Of a stretch of 64,000 nucleotides of DNA, positions 24,201 through 38,318 are shown in pieces. A program made the position numbers and the translations under genes. The stretch spans positions 111,352,001 through 111,416,000 of the forward strand of contig OZ024744.1 in NCBI GenBank assembly GCA_964016885.1. The letters are read 5' to 3'. The notes beneath the pieces were generated by a model that saw nothing but the letters and a program-made list of their open reading frames with translations, made no database searches and was not told where the DNA came from. The first letter of the stretch is position 1. Every line of letters starts with the position of its first letter. This DNA is from Eledone cirrhosa (Eukaryota).

Positions 24201-26497
24201 TAATAACAGCCGGTGAAATACGGGAAGCGATGGCTAACTGCACAAGGGGTAAATCGCCAGGTTTGGATGGTCTGCCCTACGAGCTTTATGCATTTATGCC
24301 AGACTTGTTCGGTGACCTCTTGGCAGACGTCTATTGCAACAGGCAGCAGAACGGGAGCATTCCCAGTTTTGTGAGCCGGGGAGCAGTGGCGCTGCTGAGA
24401 AAAGATCCGAACAAGGAGGATGTTATCGATAATTTCAGGCCCATAACCCTGCTAAACGCAGAGTTCAAGATTTTGGCCAAGGTGTTAGCAACGAGGTTGG
24501 CGCTTGTCGTCAAGGGTCTGGTGGGAGAGGCGCAGACATGCGCCATTCCGGACAGATCCATACACGACAACCGCCACCTCATGCGATACATCATAGAGAG
24601 GGTCGTTAAGGAACCTGGCACGGGTGGGGACCTGATCAACTTGGATCAATTCAAAGCATTCGATAGGGTAGACCATCGGTACCTGGCGGCGGTCCTCGAT
24701 GCAGCCGGTTTCGGGCCCGTTTTCAGGGGTTGGATCGCAGCGATGTACAGCGACATCTGCTCAGTTGTGAGGGTGAACGGTCACCTGCCGCAGCCGTTCA
24801 GCATCAGTAGGATGCGGGAAATCCGAGTCGGCTTACGCCGACGACGTCACCGTGGTGGTGTCGAGCACCAGACACGTCCAGATGCTCGGCACCGCTCTCA
24901 AGGAATACGAAGCGGTCACAGGAGCAAAGATAAACCAGGAAAAGTCGGTGGGCTTGCAGCTCGGCATCTGGAGAGGCAAGTCCACGCCGTCCGACAGCGT
25001 CGTGGGGCGTCGGACGGACGGACCGGTTAAATTGCTCGGGGTCTGGTTCGGACCGGACCTCCAGATTGAGAAAAACTGGAGCGAGGTGACGTGTAGGGTG
25101 CCCTCCCTCACCCAGAAATGGGCCGAGAGGAAGCTGTCCCTGAAAGGCCGGGCGGAGGTGGCGAATGCGTACATCGCATCCGTCATCTGCTACCGACTTT
25201 CCGTTGTCCCTTGCTCCAGCCCAACTCTCACCAAAATGGAGCGCCTGCTCTTCCGCTTTTTCTGGAAGGGACGCGCTCCCATGGTCAGACGATCCATCTG
25301 CTCTCAACACCCGTTGCGTGGATGACTGGGCATACCATGGCTGATGATGCGCACACATGCGCTCAGGCTGCGACATCTCTGGTGCTTCCTTGACGGTGAA
25401 CAGGTGTGGTCGCTGTTCGCCAGGCACGTTTTCCCACATCTCGTCTCCTTGACGGAGAAAGTCCTGGGTCCGAAAAAAACCGAGAGATAGCGCTTGGAAA
25501 CTGGAATGTCTCCAGGCGCTCACTGCCCTCTGTCAGCTGGGCACCAGTATCGGTGGAACATCCACCTCGGCGTTCTATAGAGGACTAGAGGAGGGGAAGA
25601 GCGACGACATTCTCGGAGAGATCCTGGGCGTCGAAGAAGATCAGCTGTTTGCACTCTTCCGGAGAACTTTCAGCCCAGAGCCTATGGATAACTTCCAAAA
25701 ATCCCTGGCCTACCAGTGCTACCTGGGAGCGCTGCCGGTTCGAGATAAGCTCTACAGGCACCGAAGTGCCGTCAGCCTAGCCTGTCCAGGATGTGCGCAG
25801 AGCGACGAAACCGTCGTGCACGAACTCGTTCAATGCCCGAGCATTGCTAACATTTGGAGCTATGTCGTACAGTTACTGTCGTCTGTAGGACTGATCCGGT
25901 TATCGACTGAGTCCACTGTGCAGATGGTCTCGCCGTCTTCCTTCGAGGAGGAAGGGCAGGCGGTTTTCATCTGCCTGGTGGCCATGGCGAAAGAGATTGT
26001 GTAGTAGACAAGGTTAAAAGGGTTAAAGACAGACACTTTCCTCTTTGGCGAATCCCTGATTAACTTTTTCAAGTTTCACTTGAAGAGGAAAATCAGGGTG
26101 GAGAGGCAAGTGCTGCCTTCTAGCAAGTTTGTTGAAAGGTGGGTGAATGTAGCGAGAATGGTCCGAGTGAACGGGACCGCTCTGAATATACGCCTGTAGT
26201 TTGAGAAATGGAAAAATTGAGAGAGGGCGCTTGCCCTGGTGGTCAGGGTGGTCGTGGTCTTTTGTGTGGTTTTCGCCACGAGTAACCCTCGGAGGTTTCC
26301 CCCCTATTGGGGAATTTTTAATTGTTTCAATTTTCATTTTTATTGTTTATATATATGTTTCTATGTCCTTTTTTTTTCTTTTCTTATATAAATAATAAAA
26401 ATTTTTACACGAACAAAACCCACATCGTACCGTCCTGTGCCGTCTGTAATGTTTTTTCTTGATGTCAGCCCTTCTGGCCAATAAAGAAATCATTATT
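21253..26497 (+). mobile_element. Tx1/L1-clade non-LTR retrotransposon T1 (5' end lost, degenerate)
   Basis: ORF1 with VEGRRPKCYLCGSKGHL zinc knuckle; ORF2 (22894-26199) with APE (SINARGL, VGDWN, YTDH), RT (KSPGLDGLP, NFRPITLLN, AYADD) and C-terminal CxxC...H...C; AATAAA at 26480, ATT tail. Confidence 0.92.
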
Positions 26498-26499
26498 TA

Positions 26500-26628
26500 C
26501 GATCTGAGTTCAAATCCCGCCGAGGTTGACTTTGCCTTTCATCCTTACGGGGTCGATAAAATAAAGTACCAGTAATGCACTGGGTAATTGCTGGCCTTAT
26601 GCCTAACGTAGAAACAATTATTATTATT
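26500..26628 (+). mobile_element. tRNA-derived SINE fragment, cephalopod-type
   Basis: B-box GAGTTCAAATCCC, body GTTGACTTTGCCTTTCATCCTTACGGGGTCGATAAAATAAAGTACCAGT, (ATT)n tail. Confidence 0.75.
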
Positions 26629-26629
26629 T

Positions 26630-29600
26630 TTATTGGCGACCTACGTAGTAGATCGTATCATCGTGAGCTCCGCAAAGGTTTGTTATTTTCAGTTGTTTAA
26701 AATTGCCATTTAAAGAAATTTTTTATTGTTAACTATATATAAGTGCACATACATTGATTTCTGAAAAGGACACTCAAAAATATTGGGGCCTTGAGCCGAA
26801 AGTTTAAACTTTTTATAATTATCAAACAAAAATTTTTCTTTGAAAAATCATGGATGACTCAGAGTCACTCGTTCCTCACAATCTAACACCTCACACCGAC
26901 ACCACCATTGTAAATATTGCTACGTTTGCCAACACTGGAAATGTAAGCAGTAGCAATATTTTAAATTTGTCTCAGGCAGACGTTCATTTCCCGCCATTAC
27001 CAATGACTGCAGGTGTTAAAGCCGCCACCCCACCACCACCACAGCGACAACAGAAACAAAAGAAAAAAAATAAATTAACTCGTGATATCGAAATGAATTC
27101 AACCAAAATGAACTCTTCCACACCGAACACCACTGACACCACCACCACCACAACTGAAACTAAAATTAACAATAACAAAAATAACGATAACAACAACAGC
27201 AACAATGAAATTAAGAAAACTACCCTGAGTTTTGCCAGAGTAGCAAAAACGTGCGAAGCGATCCAGGTAACTCAGGAGGAATTAGAAGAAGCCAAAGGAA
27301 TGGTAAAGAAAGATGGGTACAGAGCCAGCCTCACCCCCATCCCACCTAATAAAATGGAGCATCGTCGCCTATGCACCGTGTCTTATCGGACGATTAACAT
27401 AAAATCGCGCCGAGTGGAACGGGCATCCGAGTCCCAAATCCAAAAAGCTTTGGGACATGTGTGGGCGAAAAAACCCCACATCAGACGAAATATGGAACCG
27501 TGGACGTGTTCTTTGAAACACCACAGGAGGCCAGAGAACACTCCATGGCCCCATTATGAAGTGATGACTTCACACTCGTCCCAAACTATTGTGGCAAGAG
27601 ACTTGTGAAGATCAGGGTGACCCACGTTAACCGGCCATCGAAATTCCCTGGCTAATGGCTGCCGTCCTCGCCGGCATCGAGGCCAACACCAAGATAATCG
27701 AAATATCAAAAGAAAAGCAGGAGAACTGGTCCGGATCTGGGATGGAGCTCCTGATCCAAGCGGACCAAAAAAGCATTGAGGAGATCCCAGAGGTAATAGA
27801 CCTCACTGACGGCAGCGACCTCACCGTAATCGTCGAGGGTAGAAGGCCTAGGTGTGTCGTTTGTGGTGAAGGAACCCACCTAAGGGCTTTCTGCCCTCAG
27901 GCTAAAAAGTTGAGGCCATCTCTCTTACCCACCCCAGTGACTCAACCATCAACACCAACAGCAGCAGAAATGGCAGCAACAACTGTAGCAGCAACAACAG
28001 AAGCAACTGTAGCAGCAACAACCCCAGCAACAGTAGCAAAACCAACACCACCACCACCCAACGCGCCAGAACTAGCACCAGCGCCTACACAATCCACCAC
28101 GCCACAACCAAAACCACGCCTGTGGAGGATTTTCCACTCCCCGACCTATCGCAATTGGAGACAGATTGTGACGACGAGGAGTGGGAAACGGTATCAGGAA
28201 AAAAAAAAGAAAGAAAAAGAAGCCAAAAAAGAAAAAAATCCTCTTCCTTCCCCCTCCAAAAACAAAATACAGAGGGAAACAAATAAACTATCAAACAAAA
28301 AAAGTTAGGACAGCTATGACACCATCCACACCAGCATCAACAACCCCATCACAACAAACACCAACACCATCACCATCATTAACCCCAACACCACCATCAC
28401 CAACACCACAAAAGTCACCAAAAAGCGAAACAGAAACAAACCCACAACAAACACAAACAAAACAAAACAACCCAAACGATACACACTACACAGCATTAAA
28501 ATTGAACAACAACCAATTATTACACTACATCCAACACAACACCGGCATCACAGAAAAAGACTACACAACACCCCAAAAGTTCACACCACCTCCACACATA
28601 CAAATCACTCGCATCACACAGAAAACGTACACGACACTAAAACAAAAATTCCCCAAAGACATCGGAGACTTCCGACAAGCACTCTCCATGAGGATTTATA
28701 AGGACATCCTTCCGGAGGAGGCCACAAGCAGTGAAAAGGATGGAGAAACCATCCTTCCTCTACGAGAAGTGAGGTAAGTGGTCTTTCCCATCTTTTCCAC
28801 TCCATTTCAACATTACCTAACTCAGAATAGGCAGCATAAATGCGCGAGGCTTAGGGTCGTCATGGAAGCAGGGCCACCTGCTCAACGACCTCAGGTCACT
28901 AAACATAGATGTAGTGGCCATCAGCGAGACCAGAATCTCCGAAGCACGGGCCTTCGCACCGATCTTCGGCGACTACGATGTATACGCATCTCCCAGCCGT
29001 CATGGATCGGGGGGGGGGAGTTGCTGTGCTTTCTCAGAGAGGTTTGGATCTCGCCATACGGGCCATCTTCCTGGACCCAGAAGGTAAGTTGGTGGTTCTG
29101 GACGTGACCAGCGGAGACGGGCAAGCTTTCAGGCTAGTGGCCGTCTATGCTCGACAGGAACAGAGCGGCTTGATTTCTTCCGGCGTCTGGAGACCTTTCT
29201 TGGAACGTCCCGCTCTTTAGTGTTAGTGGGCGACTGGAACGGGATCTTAGATGCACGCTGGGACTGTGTGGGATTAGCGGATAGGGGAGGAGGGTGCAAG
29301 AGCCTCACCAACCTGCTCCGGCGTTTTGAACTGTCTGACAGGTACCGATTGGATTTCCCGAATGTGCCAATGTGGACTTGGACAAACCTCCATCGGGTCA
29401 TCCAGATCATATCTAGATAGAGTATTTTGTAGGGAAATAGAGAGGTCTAGCATAGGCTGTCCACAATTCAAGATAGTCAGCTACACGGACCACAAATTCG
29501 TGATCTGTGTGCTTGACTTAGATAGGCTTCATAGACGAGGACCTGGCTACTGGAAGCTAAACGCGTCCTTACCAGCGCGCAAGGCCTACAGAGACCGGAT

Positions 29601-32480
29601 TAGCGAACTAGTTAAGCGGGCGTTGACGGGCGCCATCGTCAACAACAAGTGGTGGTTTGCTCTGAAAAGAGCGATTCGAATAGAGCCCATTATGTTTAGT
29701 AAGGCTTTAGCTATAGAGAAAAATAGAGCAGAGGGAGAATTAGTTAAAAAAATTAGACGATGCGCTTAGCAAAGGCATCGCGACCGACGTACTTGCGGCA
29801 AAATTGGCCCTTGACCACGAAGGCTGCGTTGTCAGAGCTATGGTGCGTGCTCTCAGACACGAGGGGACGAAAGCCGTTCAATGGGCCTGAGTGGCGGAGG
29901 CGCGTCGTGGCAACAAAGTCACGATCCGGTCTTTGGTGGACCACGACGGGCGCATGCTACTCGATCCCGGGCAAATGTGTGAAGCTTTTCAGCGACACTT
30001 CACTCAGCTGTTCGGGGGCAGCGGCGGGCCAGATCGAGGGATGGACTTTAGTGTCTACCTCGATGGACTGCCGCAGCTCTCGGCCACTGAGGCGGAGTGT
30101 TGCGAAAAGCCGATAACAGCCGCTGAAGTACGGGAGGCAATGACTGGCTGCACAAGGGGTAAATCGCCTGGTTTGGATGGTCTGCCCTATGAACTTTACG
30201 TACAGATGCCAGACTTGTTCGGAGGCCTCTTGGTGGACGTCTACTGCAACTGGTAACAGAACGGGAGAATTCCCAGCTCTGTGCGCCGAGGAGCGGTGGT
30301 GCTGCTGAGAAAGGATCCGAACAAGGGGGATAACATAGATAATTTCAGGCCCATAACTCTTCTAAACACAGAGTTCAAGGTTTTGGCCAAGGTGCTAGCA
30401 AAGAGGTTGGTGTTTGTCGTTGGTGGTCTGGTAGGAGAGGCGCAGACGTGCGCCATTCCCGACAGATTCATCCACAACAACCTCCACCTCATGCGATACA
30501 TCGTGGAGAGGGTCGCTAGGGAACCTGGCACGGGTGAGTCCTTGATCAATTTAGATCAGTCGAAAACTTTCGATAGGGTCGACCATCGTTATCTGGCGGC
30601 AGTCCTGAGGGGGACTGGCTTTGGGCCTGTCTTCAGAGGCTGGATCGCTGCCATGCACAGCGACATCTTCTCTGTGGTGAGAGTGAACGGTCACCTTTCG
30701 GAACCGTTCAACATCATGCGCTCGGTCCGCCAAGGATGTCCCCTCTCGTCCCTCTTGTACGTATTGACTCTCGAGCCATTACTGCACAAACTGGAGACGT
30801 TGAGGGGGGTCCCGCGCGAACTAGGATTCGGAAGATCCGTGTCAGCATATGCGGACGATGTCACCGTAGTGGTGTCGAACGCCAAACACATCGAGGTGAT
30901 CGGCACTACACTAAGAGAATACGAAGCGGTGACAGGAGCAATGATCAACCAGGAAAAGTCGGTGGGCCTTCAGCTCGGCACCTGGAGAGGCAGGTCCATG
31001 CAGTCCAACAGCGTCGTTGGGCGCTGGAGGGCGGACCGGTTAAATTGCTAGGGGTCTGGTTCGGTCCGGATCTCCAGACGGACAAAAACTGGAACGAGGT
31101 GACGAGCAGGGTGGCTTCTCTCACCCAGAAATGGGCGGAGAAGAAGCTATCCCTGAAAGGTCGAGCAGAGGTGGCTAATGCGTACATCGCGTCCGTCATC
31201 TGCTACCGCCTGACCGTCGTGCCTTTCCTAAGCCTCGCCTGACTGCGCTGGAGCGTTTGCTCTTTCGATGTTTGTGGAGGGGACGCGCTCCGATAGTCAG
31301 GCGGTCAATCTGCTGTCAACATCCGCTACGTGGAGGGCTGGGCATGCCGTGGCTAATGATGCGCAGACACGCGCTCAGGCTACGACATCTCCACCTCTTC
31401 CTCGACAGTGATCAGGTGTGGTCGCCGTTTGATAGACGCGTCTTTCCCCAGCTCGTCTCCTTGACGGAGCTGCAGTCCTGGGTCGAGCAAAGACCGAGAG
31501 AGAGCGCTTGGAGACTGGAATGTCTTCAGGCGCTCACAGTCCTCTGCCAATCGGGTAATGTGATCGGTGGAAACTCCACCTTGGCGTTCTATAGAGGATT
31601 AGTGGAGAGGAAGAGCGACGACATACTTGGGGAAACTCTAGGCGTCAACGAAAATCAACTAGCCAATCTCTTCGGAAGAACTTTCGGGCCGGGGCGCATG
31701 GATAACTTCCAGAAATCCCTGGTCTGGCAGTGCTACCGAGGAGCTTTACTAGTACGGGATAAATTCTACAGGCATGGAAGTGTTGTCAGCCGGGCCTGTC
31801 CGAGATGCACGTCGGAGGACGAGACTGTCCTGCACGCACTCGTCCAGTGTCCGAGCATCGCTGGCTTGTGGGTTTATGTCGAACACCTGCTGTCGCGTGT
31901 AGGACGGATCCAGCTATCAGCTGAGTCCATCGTGAAGATTGCCCCGCCACCCTCCTTTAACTATCTGCCTCGTTTTTATCTGACATATGGTTGATGCGAC
32001 TAAAAGGGTTGAAGACAGGTACTTTCCTTTTTGGTGATGCCCTCATTACTTTTTCAGGTTTTATCTGAAAAAGAAAATCGGGGTGGAGGGGGGAGTGCTG
32101 CCGTCCAGCCAGTTTGTTGAAAGGTGGGTGAGAGAGATAAGAATGGACAGAGTGAATTGGCCTGCCCTGAGCGTGTGTCTATAGCATCGTAAGAGGAAAA
32201 CTTGGAGAGGGTGCTTGCCCTAGCGGTCAGGGTGATCGTGGCCTTTTGTGGGCTTTCTCCATGAGTGACCCTCGGAACTCTCCTCCCTGTTGGCAAATAT
32301 TTACTTTGTTTTCATTTTTTTTGTTACATCTTTTGTTTTCGTTTATATATATAATTTTGTTGTATTTTTTACATGTAGAAATACCCGTTTGTACCGTCCT
32401 GTACCGTCCTGTACTGTCCTTAATGTTATACTTTATGTCAACCCTTGTGGTTAATAAAGAAAGCATCATTATTATTATTT
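26630..32480 (+). mobile_element. Tx1/L1-clade element T2, full length but degenerate
   Basis: ORF1 26850-28777 (CVVCGEGTHLRAFC); ORF2 ~28810-32184 with APE and RT (VRQGCPLS, AYADD); AATAAA at 32453, (ATT)n tail. Confidence 0.92.
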
Positions 32481-32486
32481 CTTTAA

Positions 32487-32580
32487 ACTTTACCTTTCAT
32501 CCTTACGGGGGTCGATGAAATAAAGTACCAGTAATGCAGTGGGTAATTGCTGGCCTTGTGCCAAAAGTAGAAACAATTAT
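32487..32580 (+). mobile_element. SINE fragment, same family as 26500
   Basis: ACTTTACCTTTCATCCTTACGGGGGTCGATGAAATAAAGTACCAGTAATGCA..GGGTAATTGCTGGCCTT. Confidence 0.75.
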
Positions 32581-32903
32581 TTCTTTAATTGTAAATAGAT
32601 TTTCTTAATTTCTTTTTTCCTTCGATAACTTGGAAAACTTTAAAAGTTTACATACCCACACATACACACACACACATACACACACATTCACACACATTCA
32701 CACACATACACACACATATACGCACATTCACACACACACACACATGAAAATAATCATCACGTTTCATTTTACCTAGATTCATTTTTGCTATCGAAATTTA
32801 AGAAGATGCATTTATTCAATTAATTCCAATTTATAATACATGAGTGAAAATCTGAACCTTTCCTAAATAGAAGCAGGAACTAGATGAAAAACAAAACAAA
32901 CAC

Positions 32904-32946
<43 letters not shown>

Positions 32947-33329
32947 AAGAAACAAACAAATATATATATATATATATATAAAAAAGTAAGAAACCAATCA
33001 TCAGTAGCAAGTACCAAGATAAGTTCAAATACTTGAATTAGCATGTAGAAAAGTTTTCCAGAATATTCTGCTACCACTAAATACAGTTAGATCTATCGAT
33101 ATATTTAGAGGAGTGGGGGTGGGGTGGGGGCTAGTAAAAAGAAAAGAAAAAGAGAAAAGATAATATTGGTTATTCGATATAGTAGTTTTGTTGTCATTGT
33201 TGTCGTTGTTGTTGTTCAGATATATTATTACATGAAGGTTGCAATTTTCAGTTCAAAATGGTGGGCAGAGTAAACATGACGCTTATTCAATCAACGATAC
33301 ACACACACACACGCGCGCACACACACACA

Positions 33330-33407
<78 letters not shown>

Positions 33408-33946
33408 AAATGAGTAGATGCAATGTGGTAGATAGATCTAAAGAAAGCAATTTTCGAGGCAGTAGTTTTAAGATCCTTATACTCTTTGACTATTTTAGAA
33501 AGAAAACATCAAATGTTGCATAAATATGGTTAATTTGCAGGAGTCTCTGTTGGACAGGAAAGGAACGCAGTATCCGTATAGACGAATAAGCACGATATTC
33601 TCCATATCAAAGACGGAACCATTGGGCATACATTTCGGTGTATTGAATATCGCCATCAGCTAAGCACTGTGTTTCTTTGAATCGGAAATTAGACAAGATT
33701 GTGTCATACTGTGCAACTGCCATTCCTTTTACTAGCTTGCCCCTTCTAGTAAGAAAATCTTCTGTCAGAGACCGATAATGTCTTTGGAAAATTACATCAA
33801 TATAAAATATAGAGTGACACTCAGCAAATGTCAAGGTGATCACCAACTTGCTGATGTAATTCTCAACAGCGTTGGTTCGAATACCACTCTATCGATTCTA
33901 ACAATAGTTTCTTTTGATCAAGCGGAGGCACCCAGGAATACACACA

Positions 33947-33984
<38 letters not shown>

Positions 33985-34062
33985 TACATACATACATACA
34001 TATGCACACCCGTCACTTCACACTCAGCTCTTATGACAGATACAAATTACACCATGTTCGTC

Positions 34063-35213
34063 GCCACCGTCACCACCACCACCACCACCACCACCACCAC
34101 CACCACCACCACCACCACCACCACCACCACCACCACCACCACCACTACCACCACCACATCCAGCACCACCACTACCACCACCACCACCACCACCACCACC
34201 ACAACCAACACCACCACCACTACCACCACCACATCCAACAGCACCACTTATCATCACTACCATCATCATCATCACTACCACATCCAGCACTACCACCACC
34301 GCCACCACAATTAGCACCACCACTACCACCACCACCACCACCACATCCAGCACCACCACTACACTCCCCCCCCCACACATCCAGCACCACCACTACACTC
34401 CCCCCCCACACATCCAGCACCACCACTACACCCCCCACCAGCACCACCACATCCAGCACCACTATTACCACCACCACCACCACCACCACACCCAGCATCA
34501 CCACTACCACCACCATCACTACCACCACCACCACTATCACCACCACCACCACATCCAACACCACCACTACCACGACCACCACTACTACCACGACCACCAC
34601 ATCCAGCAGCACCACATCCACCACCACCAGCAGCACCACCCCACCACCACATCCAGCACCACCACTACACTCCCCACCGCCACCACTACCACCACCACTA
34701 CACCCGCTCACCACCACATCCAGCAGCAGCACCACTACCACCACCACCTCCACCACATCCAGCACCACCACCATCACCACTACCACCACCATCACTACCA
34801 CCACCATCACTACCACCACCACTACTACCACCACCACATCCAGCAGCACCACCAGCACCACCACTACACTCCCCACCACCAACACTACCACACCACTACA
34901 CCCGCTCACCACCACACCCAGCATCACCACTACCACCACCACCACTACCACCAGCACCACTACCACCACCACCACTATCACCACCACCACCACATCCAGC
35001 ACCACAACTACACTCCCCATCACCACCACTACCACCACCGCTACACCCGCTCACCACCACACCCAGCACCACTACCACCACCACCAGCACCACCAGCACC
35101 ACCACTACACTCCCCACCACCAACACTACCACACCACTACACCCGCTCACCACCACCACATCCAGCAGCACCATCACCACCACCACCACCTCCAGCACCA
35201 CCACCACCACCAC
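34063..35213. repeat. (CAC)n-based degenerate mini/microsatellite
   Basis: CAC/CAG/TAC triplets with recurring ACATCCAGCACCACCACTACACTCCCC units. Confidence 0.9.
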
Positions 35214-35309
35214 AAAATGTGTCCGCCAGGTATATCCACCATATAAATTTATCAACGATAATTTACCTTATCAAAGGTAAACTTCCAGGTAAATGACCTA
35301 CCGTGGCAT

Positions 35310-35311
<2 letters not shown>

Positions 35312-35360
<49 letters not shown>

Positions 35361-35425
35361 TTCTTCTTCTTCTTCTTCTTCTTCTTCTTCTTCTTCTTCT
35401 TCTTCTTCTTCTTCTTCTTCTTCTT

Positions 35426-35456
<31 letters not shown>

Positions 35457-35512
35457 TTCTTCTTCTTCTTCTTCTTCTTCTTCTTCTTCTTCTTCTTCTT
35501 CTTCTTCTTCTT

Positions 35513-35543
<31 letters not shown>

Positions 35544-35680
35544 TTCTTCTTCTTCTTCTTCTCTTCTTCTTCTTTCTTCTTCTTCTTCTTCTTCTTCTTC
35601 TTCTTCTTCTTCTTCTTCTTCTTCTTCTTCTTCTTCTTCTTCTTCTTCTTCTTCTTCTTCTTCTTCTTCTTCTTCTTCTT
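35312..35680. repeat. Compound (TCG)n-(TCT)n microsatellite
   Basis: Direct observation. Confidence 0.95.
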
Positions 35681-37798
35681 TGCTAGCAAAGAGGTTGGCG
35701 CTTGTCGTGGGCAACCTGGTGGGAGATGCGCAGACATGTGCTATCCGTGCAGGTCCATCCACGACAACCTCCACCTCATGCGATACATCATAGAGAGGGT
35801 TGGGAACGAACCCGGCTTTGGTGGGGCCCTGATCAATTTGGATCAATCTAAGGCATTCGATAGGTCGACCATGGTTACCTGGATGCGGTGCTAGCGGCGG
35901 CAGGCTTCGGACCCGTTTTCAGGGGCTGGATCAATGCATGCACAGCAGCCGCATCTGCTCTAGGGTCAAGGTGAACGGCTACCTCTCGGAGCAGTTCGAA
36001 ATCGCGCGGTCCATCCGACAGGGGTGCCCTCTCTCCTCCCTTCTGTATGTAATGACTCTAGAGCCACTGCTGCGAAGTTGGAGTTGTTGCAGGGCATCCC
36101 GTTGGAACCGGGATTGCGGAAAGCGGTGTCAGCCTACGCCGATGACGTAACAGTAATGGTGTCGACGGCCTCGGAAATCGGGGCGATCGGCACCTTACTT
36201 GAGGAGTACGAAAGGTTTACAGGGGCTAAGCTGAACCGGGACAAGTCAGTCGCTTTGCAACTCGGCGAGTGGAGGGGCAGATCGATGCCCTCCGATGGCG
36301 TCGTCGGGCGCTGACGGAGGGCCTGGTGAAGTTGCTCGGGGTCTGGTTCGGACCAGACCTCCAGGTGGAGAAGAACTGGGGTGAGGTAACGAACAGGGTG
36401 TTTGCACTGACCCAGAAGTGGGCCGAGTGCAAACTGTCCCTGAAAGGTCGGGCGGAGGTGGCGAACACTTATATAGCGTTCGTCATCTACTACCGCCTGA
36501 CCGTTGTGCCTTGCCCAAGGGAAACGCTCGCCAAAATGGAGCGCGCACTCTTCCAATTCCTTTGGAAGAAGCGGGCTCCTATGGTGAGGAGATCCATCTG
36601 CTGTCAACACCCTTCGAAAGGAGGGCTGGGGATGCCGTGGCTAATGATACGTAAACACGCATTAAGGCTACGGCACCTTCAGGTATTCCTCTCCGGTCAA
36701 CCGGTGTGGGCCCCGTTTGTGAAGCGAGCCTTTCTCAGACTCGTCTCACTCACCGAGCTGCAATCCTGGGTCAAGCGAAGACCGAGAAAACTGGGCGCCT
36801 GGCATACCAAGTGTGCCCAGGCGCTCACGGCTCCTGGCAGGCGGACCCGGCTGTCAGTGGAGAATCCACCTCGTCATTCTATAGAGGGCTGGTGGTTAGC
36901 AGGTGCGACGACGCCCTCGGAGAAGCCCTAGGCATGGAGGAAGACGAACTGGCAAACCTGTTCGGTAGGACATTCAGCCCGGGACCCATGGATAACTTCC
37001 AGAGGTCCCTGGCCTGGCAATGCTACAGAAGGGCCCTGCCCGTTCGAGAAAGGCTCTACAGACACGGGCGCCCGGGTAGGGACCCCTCGAAAAAGATCTG
37101 TCCCAGATGCGTGTGCGACGAGGAAACCGTTGCACACGCATTGGTACACTGCTCGGGCATTGCCGATCTGTGGGGCTATGTCGAACAACTGCTGTCAAGG
37201 GTGGGACCGATCCGGTTGACCACCGAGTCTATTGTAACGATCAAGCCGCCTCCCCTCTTCAAAAACGAAGGAGAGGCGGTGTTTCTGTGCGTAATAGCCA
37301 TGGCGAAAGAGGTTATATGGTGGATGCGTCTGAAAGGACTGAGGTCAGACACCTTTCTCTCTGGCCAACAACTGGTACGTTTCTTCCGATATCATTTCGG
37401 AAGAAGGATCAGGATGGAGAGAGAGGTGCTGCACCCCAGCCGTTTTTATGAAAGATGGGTGAAAGTGACGAGAATGGCCCGTGTGAATGGGCCTTCACTA
37501 TACATCAGACTATAGGTGAGGAAGATGAAAGACCAAGGGAGCACCCCTTCTCTGTGCTCCCGAGGAAAAGGGTTGCACACTTTTTTTCGGGGGTGTGTGC
37601 GACCCCCCAAGGCGCCTCCTCTCTATTGAGGATTTTGTTATAAATTTTATTCTGTTATATTTTATTTTATTTTTATATTTTGTTATTGCCTCCGCCTTAT
37701 TGAGGACGCCTTGTTTTGTAAACTCCCCCCATTGTACTTGTCCCACTTTTGATGCCCTGGTGGCAAATAAAAGAAACATATCTATCTATCTATCTATA

Positions 37799-37831
<33 letters not shown>

Positions 37832-37834
37832 CTC
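35681..37834 (+). mobile_element. Tx1/L1-clade element T3, 5'-truncated within RT
   Basis: Begins LAKRLALVV directly after (TCT)n; ORF2 ends 37515; AATAAA followed by (CTAT)n tail. Confidence 0.92.
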
Positions 37835-38284
37835 TTGGTAGCTGGACGCACACAATTTCACTGGTATGTTTCTGTCAATTTATTTACAAAAAAGAGAAAT
37901 TCTTGTTTACAAAACTCGTTGTTTTGTAGATTAACCCCCAGGCTGAATTGTCAGCTGGCTGGTAATCTCATTTTTCGCCCCCACTGGGGAGGAAATTTAA
38001 TTTGAGAAAACATTTCAAACATTTCAGACATTTAATATTTTTGCTATTGATAATGACTAGCTTAGTAAATGCAACGCTACCGAACGCTGACGAAGAGAGT
38101 AGAGACTTCTGCCTACATAGGCGTCACTATGGAGACAAATAGTGACAACAAAATTTTGTTTTGCCCAGAAGCCGAAAAATGCAACTTACAAGATGGACCA
38201 CACAGCTTACAACAGACATCAAAAACCATAAAAACTGAAACAATAGACACAACTACAAACGGAAAAACCGACAACCACAACAAC

Positions 38285-38318
<34 letters not shown>

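Noticed and set aside
33778-35793. Mucin-like, poly-His, poly-Ser and poly-Lys ORFs
   Set aside because: Stop-free trinucleotide repeats open in several frames on both strands; no other gene evidence.
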